Below, piece after piece: positions 17,874 to 26,214 of a DNA stretch of 64,000 nt. The position numbers and the translations under genes are program-made. Location: NCBI GenBank assembly GCA_045568995.1, contig JBJKZY010000045.1:4281-68280 (forward strand). Direction: 5' to 3'. Source of the DNA: Fidelibacterota bacterium (GTDB lineage: Bacteria > Fidelibacterota > Marinisomatia > Marinisomatales > UBA1611). The notes beneath the pieces are model-generated. The model saw nothing but the letters and a program-made list of their open reading frames with translations, was not told the origin of the DNA and searched no databases. Within the stretch, counting starts at the first letter, position 1; each line of letters begins with the position of its first letter.

Positions 17874-18342
17874 GAAGTCTTCCTGAGATGTCAACTTTTT
17901 GGGTTTTATAAAAAGCATTCTTTCCTACAAAAAACCCCAAAACTGTGCCCAGGGTTGTTACGGTCCCAACGAGCTTAACCTCAGGGTTTTGGATTGCAAT
18001 AATCAGTGCGACATATCCTGCTAGTCCACCTAAAGCAGAGAAACTTGCAGTTATATACAGGTCTTCAGAAACAGGAGGTAGGTAAACAAAATCTACGTTT
18101 TTATGTTTATAAAATTTGGCAGTTTTATTTACAGAGAGCACAAAGTCTTGTTCTGTTATGTTGACTAAAACACCTTGCACTATTTTTGAGTTTTCTGTAG
18201 TAAAACGAATTATTTTCCCTTTGTAATTATTTTTAAAGTTTTCAAGCCTGATTTTCCGAACTTGGTCAGAGTTTGTTTCTACTTGGCCTAATAAGCAGGA
18301 AAACAAGAAACAAGCAAAAGAAACCCTTATAAGATTTTTCAT
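17866..18342 (-). CDS. Hypothetical membrane protein
   Basis: Probable ATG start at 18342; signal peptide, small beta domain, two C-terminal TM helices. Confidence 0.6.
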   Translation of the reverse strand: MKNLIRVSFACFLFSCLLGQVETNSDQVRKIRLENFKNNYKGKIIRFTTENSKIVQGVLVNITEQDFVLSVNKTAKFYKHKNVDFVYLPPVSEDLYITASFSALGGLAGYVALIIAIQNPEVKLVGTVTTLGTVLGFFVGKNAFYKTQKVDISGRLRD

Positions 18343-18357
18343 TATTAACACCAACGA

Positions 18358-19851
18358 TTAAAACTCGAAGAATTCCCAATAAAAATCAAGATATGGTTGC
18401 TGAAAGTGAACACCTACCCTAAAGGTTTCGCTAACAGCATATTGCATTCCAAAGTCAAAGTCAATAAGACTTGGAGCACCTCTTGGAGAATCAAGCGAAA
18501 GTACAGAAGACCCATCGCTACCAATATAATCTTCCCACGTTCTTCCCGCGCTCATAGTTTTATAGCCATTATCAATCCAAGCAAGCGCTAAAAACTTAAG
18601 GTTTTTTCTTAAATCGTATTCAATTCCAGCCCAGATGCGGTAGGGTATTTTATATTTTGCATCATCATTCCATGAAATATCGTATATGCCGTTGTCCTTG
18701 GTAACCGATTTGTTAATTAAATCTTTTCTCTTCATAAAAGCATTGGATACTTTTGCACCAGCGGACCAACCAACCTTTCCTCTTCCAGAAGGATTTGTTC
18801 TCCTAGAAGAAAAAACAATAAACGCGTGTCCATAAAGGTGTCTCTTACCTTCACTTAAGACCTCATTAATTGTTATCTTTGGATTTCCGTTTGTATCATC
18901 CATTTCATTTAAAGGAATAGGTTCTGCTTCGACACTATTCAAATCTATTACGTTTATTGCATGTGAGTATTTACCGACAATGTTAGAAGCGGGGTATCTG
19001 CGATGAATAGCGGCTCCCCATGATGCAGCAAGCTCTTTAGTTGCAGATTTTCTATGGTAAAAACGCATTTTAGCATGAAGATTAAGGTCTCCAGAAAAAT
19101 TAGAACCGAAGACAGAACGCATCATAAACCTATCGGTTAAACCGTACCCAACGGAGAGACCGCTCACATAAAAAGTATTAGCGGTTAATGGAAAAGCAGT
19201 TGGGTCTAAAAAAATACTCATTAATTGGGCTTGCCCTTGATAAAATTGTTTTTTGTTTTCTGTTTGTTTTTCTAAAACTCCACCATAATACCTTTTCATA
19301 CTGGAAATATCTCTTTTTTGAACTACTGCATCTCCATACTTGGTTCGAAGAACAAACTCTTCTTCTGTTTCTCCTAGAACAACACCACTAAACATCTCTC
19401 CTTTTTTGTTTCTAATTTCTGCTGTTTCATCCAGAAACTCGCTCTTAGGAATCGTAAAGCTACCGCTACTTGTTTTTAATGTGGCAACATCATCGTTTAC
19501 AGATATGACTTCTCCATCTCGTACGGAACCATCACGAAAATGGAACTGTTTTTTCATCCCCGCTTCTATGAAAGTAGCAGATGTTTTTTTAGTTTCTTCT
19601 TGTTTTACTTGAGGCTTAGAAACATTGCCAGCTTGAAAAGCCTTTATAACTTCGGCGCCCTGGGTTCGGGAAAGGCCTGTTAACCCAACTCCGTAACTTT
19701 GAAGTAGATAGCTATTTAAGTTCTCAGTTGAAAAACCAGCAGAAACTGCTAAAGAAGAGATCGCTGATTTTTGTCCTGGTAATATTGAACCGGTTTGAGA
19801 AAACAACCAAGAAAACAAAAAAAGACTTAAAAAGGTGGTTTTAAATTTCAT
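18358..19851 (-). CDS. Hypothetical secreted protein, probable C-terminal outer-membrane beta-barrel
   Basis: Signal peptide, two xxDG/KG-x-V/F-x-G-x-V beta modules, alternating beta strands ending FYWEFFEF (terminal Phe); GGAG RBS. Confidence 0.65.
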   Translation of the reverse strand: MKFKTTFLSLFLFSWLFSQTGSILPGQKSAISSLAVSAGFSTENLNSYLLQSYGVGLTGLSRTQGAEVIKAFQAGNVSKPQVKQEETKKTSATFIEAGMKKQFHFRDGSVRDGEVISVNDDVATLKTSSGSFTIPKSEFLDETAEIRNKKGEMFSGVVLGETEEEFVLRTKYGDAVVQKRDISSMKRYYGGVLEKQTENKKQFYQGQAQLMSIFLDPTAFPLTANTFYVSGLSVGYGLTDRFMMRSVFGSNFSGDLNLHAKMRFYHRKSATKELAASWGAAIHRRYPASNIVGKYSHAINVIDLNSVEAEPIPLNEMDDTNGNPKITINEVLSEGKRHLYGHAFIVFSSRRTNPSGRGKVGWSAGAKVSNAFMKRKDLINKSVTKDNGIYDISWNDDAKYKIPYRIWAGIEYDLRKNLKFLALAWIDNGYKTMSAGRTWEDYIGSDGSSVLSLDSPRGAPSLIDFDFGMQYAVSETFRVGVHFQQPYLDFYWEFFEF

Positions 19852-19997
19852 TTTTTCTCCAATTTTAAAAAATACATTTCAAATTTATTTAGTTTTTAAT
19901 CGCATGTTATTATTGTTGCGATATTTTTTAATTTATCTTAATTTAACTTAAGGTTTAATTAAAAAAAAGCAAAGTAAATTTGTTTGGAGAGGGTACT

Positions 19998-20699
19998 GTG
20001 GAAAATGCATTAGAGACAATAAACAAAGTGATGGATAAATATAAATTTAGGCATAAGAGAGATGTTGCTGAATACTTTGGTGTAACACCACAAGCACTCA
20101 GTATATGGATTGCCAAAAACCAAATTCCACCTAAGCACTTATTAAAACTTTCTCAAGAAAACACAAAAGATATTCCTGTTAGTATTAATTCAGGGAGCTT
20201 ATCTGAAAAAGCAAGCTCACCCGAAGAAATGCAGTCTGTTATAGACTATATCATGCGTGAAAATATTTCTCTAAAAGATGAGCTTCGTGGATTAAAAGAA
20301 AAAAGAAAAAATAAACCATTGAAAAAACACCGAGGGGGTGTTTTTGATCGCATAGCAACAGATACTTTATATATATCAGGGAGAATGTCCGATGGGGTTA
20401 TAACGGATTTAGATGGGAAATGGGAAAGTGTAATGGGGTATAAACCATCACAGTTAAAAGGAGCTCGATATGACGGTGAGGATTTAATACATCCAGACGA
20501 TCTAAAAGGGGTTAAAAAGATCGAACAAAACTTAAAAGAATCAACTATAATTTCTTTAACTAGGTATTGCACAATACAGCGTTGGAAGCACGGAAAAACA
20601 GGAGAGTATATTATGCTTAGTATGGTTTGGGATGTAAATGTTGAAGAAGATATTGGTTTGGTGGTTTGCAAGCCGATAGATGGATTTATTAGCGCATAA
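19998..20699 (+). CDS. Transcriptional regulator: CI-repressor-like HTH, coiled coil and PAS domain
   Basis: KRDVAEYFGVTPQALSIW..KNQIP (HTH); WESVMGY...LIHPDD (PAS_3-like); GTG at 19998 follows GGAGAGG. Confidence 0.7.
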   Translation: MENALETINKVMDKYKFRHKRDVAEYFGVTPQALSIWIAKNQIPPKHLLKLSQENTKDIPVSINSGSLSEKASSPEEMQSVIDYIMRENISLKDELRGLKEKRKNKPLKKHRGGVFDRIATDTLYISGRMSDGVITDLDGKWESVMGYKPSQLKGARYDGEDLIHPDDLKGVKKIEQNLKESTIISLTRYCTIQRWKHGKTGEYIMLSMVWDVNVEEDIGLVVCKPIDGFISA

Positions 20700-21074
20700 T
20701 AAAACTCTTAGATTTAAAGCGGCCTTGTGCTTGTTTTTTAAGAATCAATAATGAAAAACAGAGTGAGGTTTATAAAACTACATTGATGAAATAAAATAAC
20801 AAATCATTCTAAATGAAATTTGGTTTTACGTTTTTATTTTGTCAAAATCAAAACTATGTCTTTGTCGATTCGATGCAATATGCAGTAAAAAAAACTCTTT
20901 AATAAATTTCAAAACCTCAACTACAATAAAAGACAAAAGATATTTATTTTTTTCAATATCTTTCTAGACTTTATTTATAAAAAAACCGAAAGTATTTAAT
21001 AAATTAGTTAATCATCTTTTGAAAAATATTTTTAAGTTGTAATAACTTAAAAAAAACTAATTTTTTTTGGAGCA

Positions 21075-22007
21075 ATGGAATTACAAATGAAACAATTATT
21101 ACAAATATTTTTTTTATTCACTTTGGTGGTTTCTCAAGAAGTTGAAAATGACATTGCTTATAAATTGGTGTCGAAAGAATTAGACAAGTCCGTTCCAGCT
21201 TTATTTATAAAAGAAGCTTTTTCGCATGAAAAGCTAGAAGTGCATAAAATAATTGCAGAAAGATTCGCTAAGCCATACGAAAAAAAACCATGGACAGAAT
21301 ACAAAAAAATCTTTGTGAAAGAGTCAAGAGTTTCAGCTGGAGCAAAGTTTTTTTCAGAAAACATAAACTTGATAAATCAAGTGGCCTTAAAGTATGGTGT
21401 TGATCCGTTTGTTATTGTAACCATTGCAGGAGTTGAGAGTAATTATGGAGTACATCACTCACAATTTTCTGTTTTTAATTCTCTTTATTCTCAGATACAT
21501 GAAATACCAAGAAGAACTAAGTGGGCTACAAGAGAGTTAGCTGAATTTATAAAATATTGTTACAAAGATAAGCTTGACCCTCAAGAAATAGGTGGCTCTT
21601 ATGCTGGTGCATTTGGATACGGTCAGTTTATTCCATCTAGCTTTACAAGATACTCTGTTGATTTCAATGAAAACGGAGTGAGGGAACCCTATAGCTGGCC
21701 TGATGTTTTAGGAAGCATAGCTAATTACCTTAGAATGAATGGATATAAAAAAAACAGCAATGACTATTACAAAGGTGGAGATATCTACAAGTCTGTTTAT
21801 GCATACAATCATGCTGATAATTATGTCATGGCTGTGCTTGAATTAACAGAAAGAATACGCGAAAGATGCACTGGTTCCAGAAAATATTATCCGTCTACGA
21901 TTACTAATTTTGACCGGAAACGTGTAAAAATGTATAAGTCTAAAGGTTGGGCCCCAGATAAAACAATTAACATGGATGCGTGGGTAGAAGTGTCTAAAGA
22001 AAGCTAG
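21075..22007 (+). CDS. mltB: Lytic murein transglycosylase B family
   Basis: YGVDP...GVESNYG, GSYAGAFGYGQFIPSS, VDFN.NG, SIANYL, YNHA..Y. Confidence 0.9.
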   Translation: MELQMKQLLQIFFLFTLVVSQEVENDIAYKLVSKELDKSVPALFIKEAFSHEKLEVHKIIAERFAKPYEKKPWTEYKKIFVKESRVSAGAKFFSENINLINQVALKYGVDPFVIVTIAGVESNYGVHHSQFSVFNSLYSQIHEIPRRTKWATRELAEFIKYCYKDKLDPQEIGGSYAGAFGYGQFIPSSFTRYSVDFNENGVREPYSWPDVLGSIANYLRMNGYKKNSNDYYKGGDIYKSVYAYNHADNYVMAVLELTERIRERCTGSRKYYPSTITNFDRKRVKMYKSKGWAPDKTINMDAWVEVSKES

Positions 22008-23800
22008 AAAGTTGCATCAAGAAGTATCTTCTCACCATCTCTTTCAATTAATACCGGTACGGTCATTCCTGCTTTTAAAGTACTTAGCCTATCCATGTAT
22101 TCATAAATGTCACTAATTGATTTTTCATTAATTGATTTAATGACATCTCCTTTTTTAATACCTGCAATTGCTGCAGGACCATCACTTCTTGAGATACCAT
22201 CTACCTCCAGTCCTTTTTTTGTACTGCTGTAAGAAGGCATTAAACCAAGGGTTACCGTAAACTTTTTAGGAGAACCCATTTGTCCTTTTTTAGGACCAGA
22301 TTCTTGAAAGACAGGTCTTTTAGGATATCGCGAAAGGTAATAGGTTAAATCATAAATAAAGTTCAGGATATGTTTTTCTCCTTGAAGGTTTATTAATTGC
22401 CAAGTATCTGCTGGGGTATGATATTCATCGTGAAGTCCAGAAAAGAAAAACAAGACAGGAATATCTTTTGTATAAAATGTAGCATGATCACTTGGTCCAA
22501 ATCCGGACTTATTCATAATTAAATTAAAAGGACGATTGTTTTTTAAGCTATCAAGAAGATATTCAAAAGAGGGAGACGTTCCGACTCCCCCAACGGTATA
22601 TGAAGAGTCAGACATTCTGCCAATCATATCCATATTTATCATAGTCGTAATGTTTTCTATTTTAATTGGTGAAGATTCAATAAAATGTTTTGATCCAAGC
22701 AACCCTTTTTCTTCTGCGTCAAAACCGATCAAAAGGACACTTCGCTTTAGATAGTTAATATTTGCAGATAGTTTTTGTGCAAGCTCTAGCAACCCCGCTA
22801 CTCCAGAGGCATTGTCATCAGCGCCGGGATGAATTTGATTCTTTTCCGGTTTTCTAGATCCGGAACCAGGTCCTCCCATACCAATATGGTCAAAATGTGC
22901 CCCAATCACGATATAATCATCTCTATATTCTCTGTTTCTGCTTCGTATTTCTCCTACAACATTTGCACCTTTGCTTATAACGGGTTCTATGTCAATGGTG
23001 GCATTAAAGTTCAATACTCCAAGTTGGAAGCTTAGCGGCTTTAAGCTTTGGTTCATTTCATCTTGAATTTTTTTTGTAGACCACCCGACTCTTTCAAAAA
23101 TTTTATTTGCTTTGTTTTTTGATAAAATAACAGCAGGCGCTTCATTGTTCTCGAAACCGGGAACATATTTAAGAGGATATAATTCTTCGTCTTCTATTTG
23201 AGACACAAAAACAATCCCTTTTGCTCCATTATCTTTGGCTACAAGCATTTTTTTGTGGAGCGGAGAATGAGGAGCGTAAATAGAGTGAGGCTGATTTCTT
23301 TCTGGGCTATGTCTCATTACAATTACCCATTTGTCTTTTACATCCAGTCCTTCGTAGTCATTCCACTTTAATTCTTTTTCATTTATTTGAAAACCGTACC
23401 CTGCAAAAACAACCTCTCCAGAAAAACTCCCATTTGCAGAAAAAAAGAGAGGCAGGTAGTCTGAGCCGACAATCATAGTATCCTTATTTAATATAAGATT
23501 ATTTGACGGACCAAGTTGTATTCCAGTTTTTATATCAAAAGGTTGTGTGTATGATTTACCAAAAGCAGGCCTAACACCATAGGACTTTAGGTTTTTAATC
23601 AGATATGCGATTACATCTTTACTACCTCTTGTTCCGGGAAGTCTACCTTCTCTGTTTTCGTGAGATAAATAGCGGATGTGGGTCATAATTTCATCTTCGG
23701 TAATTTCAGATGAAGAAGTATTGCTTCTACTAATGATTAAAACAAACCCTACTAGAAGAATACTTATAATGGCATAAATTGATCGACTGGATTCATTCAT
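22004..23800 (-). CDS. M28 family aminopeptidase with PA and PDZ domains
   Basis: GAHFDHIG, GADDNASG, AEEKGLLGS, NMDMIGR, SDH, YHTPAD; C-terminal PDZ (LGLMP...GPAAIAGIKKGDVI). Confidence 0.92.
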   Translation of the reverse strand: MNESSRSIYAIISILLVGFVLIISRSNTSSSEITEDEIMTHIRYLSHENREGRLPGTRGSKDVIAYLIKNLKSYGVRPAFGKSYTQPFDIKTGIQLGPSNNLILNKDTMIVGSDYLPLFFSANGSFSGEVVFAGYGFQINEKELKWNDYEGLDVKDKWVIVMRHSPERNQPHSIYAPHSPLHKKMLVAKDNGAKGIVFVSQIEDEELYPLKYVPGFENNEAPAVILSKNKANKIFERVGWSTKKIQDEMNQSLKPLSFQLGVLNFNATIDIEPVISKGANVVGEIRSRNREYRDDYIVIGAHFDHIGMGGPGSGSRKPEKNQIHPGADDNASGVAGLLELAQKLSANINYLKRSVLLIGFDAEEKGLLGSKHFIESSPIKIENITTMINMDMIGRMSDSSYTVGGVGTSPSFEYLLDSLKNNRPFNLIMNKSGFGPSDHATFYTKDIPVLFFFSGLHDEYHTPADTWQLINLQGEKHILNFIYDLTYYLSRYPKRPVFQESGPKKGQMGSPKKFTVTLGLMPSYSSTKKGLEVDGISRSDGPAAIAGIKKGDVIKSINEKSISDIYEYMDRLSTLKAGMTVPVLIERDGEKILLDATF

Positions 23801-23862
23801 TTGAGATAAAAATTATGATGGAATCTATGGGATGGCAAAGATAAAGGATTTAATTTTATTTA

Positions 23863-24234
23863 TTGGAAAACAATATAAAAATACAAACATACCCTGGGTT
23901 TTTACCTGAAAGGTCAGATCCTTCAAAACCATATTATTTTTTTTCATATCGAGTGAAAATTATAAATAATTCTGACGTGACAGTAAAGGTTTTGAGCCGA
24001 TACTGGCATATAAAAGATGGGAAAGGGCAATCTGAAGACATACATGGGCCGGGAGTGGTTGGACAAACTCCTAGCATACACCCAAAAGAGTTTTTTGAAT
24101 ATACAAGTTTTTGTCCTCTACAAACGCCAATGGGGTTTATGAGAGGAAGTTATAGGATGACATTGGAAAACGGAGAACAATTTGATGCAGAAATACCACA
24201 ATTCAAATTAGTTGCACATAAATATTTAAATTGA
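23863..24234 (+). CDS. apaG: ApaG protein
   Basis: SRYWHI, GPGVVGQTP, FEYTSFCPL.TP.G.M.GSY. Confidence 0.93.
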   Translation: MENNIKIQTYPGFLPERSDPSKPYYFFSYRVKIINNSDVTVKVLSRYWHIKDGKGQSEDIHGPGVVGQTPSIHPKEFFEYTSFCPLQTPMGFMRGSYRMTLENGEQFDAEIPQFKLVAHKYLN

Positions 24235-24268
24235 ACAACTTATCTAATTATTAACCAATAGTCTTAGA

Positions 24269-25678
24269 ATGGATATAAAAACAAAAATTATCGCCACTGT
24301 TGGCCCAAGTTGTTTCTCAAAAGAAAAAATAGAATCTCTTATAAAAAGTGGCGTTACTTGTTTTAGGGTAAACTTATCACATGGAACTAAAAGTGAAAAA
24401 TCTAAGTGTTTTGATCTTTTAAGGTCTTGCAGGTTAAGGTCAGGGATTAGGCCAACAATTCTAGCTGATCTTGCTGGTCCAAAAATTCGAGTCAGCAGAA
24501 GAAAAGAACCCATAAGAGTTCAAAAAGGTCAACAGGTATATATTAGTAGTGAAAAAACGGGGAAAAATGTTGTTCCTATTTCTGAGGGTATAAAGTTTCA
24601 AACTGTAGAAAAAGGTGCTAAAATCCTTATTGATGATGGAAAAATTTTATTGGAAGTAGAAAAGCTTATCTCAAATAAAACACTTTTGTGTAAGGCTGAA
24701 TTCGATGGGGTTGTTGAGCAGAGGAAAGGAATTAATTTCCCAGGGATAGAATTAGATTTACCATCGATAACAGATCAAGATGAAAAAGACCTTGAGCTTG
24801 CATTGTCAAAGGGAGCAGACTGGGTTGCTCTTTCGTTCGTTAGGTCTTCTTCTGATTACCAAATACTTCGAGATATTATTATAAAACTTGGGTTTACAAC
24901 TCCGATATTAGCAAAAATAGAGAAGTGGGAAGCTGTAAAAAACATGAATGACATCATCGATACTTTTGATGCTGTAATGGTAGCTAGAGGAGACCTGGGT
25001 GTAGAGTTACCATTGGAACAGGTCCCAGGAATTCAGAAAAAGGTTATAAAAAAGGCTATAAAAGCAGGAAAACCAGTTGTCCTTGCCACTCAGATTTTGG
25101 ATTCTATGATAAAAAGACCTGTTCCAACTAGAGCAGAGGTAAGTGATATTGCAAATGCAATATTGGACGGGGCTGATGCTCTGATGGTTACGGGCGAAAC
25201 TGCAGTAGGAAAGCATCCTGTAAAGGTTATAAAAGTACTAAGTCGAGTTATAGCTGAATCTGAAAATAGCATCAATTACAAAACTTTTATAAAAGACATT
25301 AGTAAAAAAAAGCTAAACACTGCTCAATCTATAAGCCATGCTGCTTGTTCCGTTGCCGTTAAACAGGGAATTAAAAAAATTATCACGATGACACACAGTG
25401 GGAGCACAGCTAGAATGGTCTCTCGATATAGACCTAGCGCTAAAATCATAGCAATGACACCCTTTAAAGAAACGTGTCGTCAGCTTGGAATTGTTTGGGG
25501 TGTTCAGCCTCTTTTGGTCAAAAATTATAATACCTCTGATGACATTCCTTTAATTGCCAACGAGATGCTGATTTTAAACAAAGATCTAAGAAAAAATGAA
25601 AAATATGTAATAACAGGTGGTGTTCCTGTTGGGGTACCCGGAACTACAAACTACCTATCTGTTTTAGAAGGGGTTTAA
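24269..25678 (+). CDS. pyk: Pyruvate kinase
   Basis: TKIIATVGP, RVNLSHG, DLAGPKIR, AKIE, MVARGDLGVE, ATQILDSM, PTRAEVSD. Confidence 0.96.
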   Translation: MDIKTKIIATVGPSCFSKEKIESLIKSGVTCFRVNLSHGTKSEKSKCFDLLRSCRLRSGIRPTILADLAGPKIRVSRRKEPIRVQKGQQVYISSEKTGKNVVPISEGIKFQTVEKGAKILIDDGKILLEVEKLISNKTLLCKAEFDGVVEQRKGINFPGIELDLPSITDQDEKDLELALSKGADWVALSFVRSSSDYQILRDIIIKLGFTTPILAKIEKWEAVKNMNDIIDTFDAVMVARGDLGVELPLEQVPGIQKKVIKKAIKAGKPVVLATQILDSMIKRPVPTRAEVSDIANAILDGADALMVTGETAVGKHPVKVIKVLSRVIAESENSINYKTFIKDISKKKLNTAQSISHAACSVAVKQGIKKIITMTHSGSTARMVSRYRPSAKIIAMTPFKETCRQLGIVWGVQPLLVKNYNTSDDIPLIANEMLILNKDLRKNEKYVITGGVPVGVPGTTNYLSVLEGV

Positions 25679-26148
25679 AATTTTTCCGATTTGGTTATCT
25701 TACCCAAGCTAGGATGTGATTTATCACATTCTTCATCACATATAAAATAGTCCTCTTCTAATTTTTTAATTCCTTTTTTATTGTAGTATGTCCATTTACC
25801 AACTTGGAAACCAAATTTATATTTTCCTTCATACTTCTTTTGCCCACTAGGATAAAACCCTGTCCAAGACCCTTCTGGATTACCCTCAGCATACTCTCCT
25901 GTAAATTTTTTCTTCCCATCTTCATACCAGCCAGTCCATGTACCCGTTTTCCAACCATATTCTATTGGTCCTTCTTCTTGTTTTTTACCATTTTTATATT
26001 TTTTAAATCCAGGACCACTATATACCTTTTGGTTTTTTATTGATTTGAACCGTCCTCCTCTGTCTACTAAAACTTCGTCCATATTTACTGGAGTGTCCGA
26101 TGAACAACTAAATATAAAACAAATAATTAATATAGATAATATTCTCAT
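25675..26148 (-). CDS. MORN-variant repeat lipoprotein (YwqK-like)
   Basis: Lipobox (IFSC), G.WT.WY..G.KK..G.Y repeats. Confidence 0.75.
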   Translation of the reverse strand: MRILSILIICFIFSCSSDTPVNMDEVLVDRGGRFKSIKNQKVYSGPGFKKYKNGKKQEEGPIEYGWKTGTWTGWYEDGKKKFTGEYAEGNPEGSWTGFYPSGQKKYEGKYKFGFQVGKWTYYNKKGIKKLEEDYFICDEECDKSHPSLGKITKSEKF

Positions 26149-26214
26149 TATTATGACCGTTATTTTATTGTAATCTAATAATTAATCAAATGAAGAGAAA
26201 GATTTTGAACAACC

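Noticed and set aside
19998-20699. Possible prophage suggested by the CI-like HTH
   Set aside because: No integrase, structural, replication or lysis genes nearby.
20689-20716. GCGCATAAT resembling the XerC arm of a dif site
   Set aside because: The XerD arm (TTATGTTAAAT) is absent and the locus is close to the origin, not the terminus.
24269-25678. Co-occurrence of pyruvate kinase and PPDK in one window
   Set aside because: Common in bacteria; the genes are unlinked and look ordinary.
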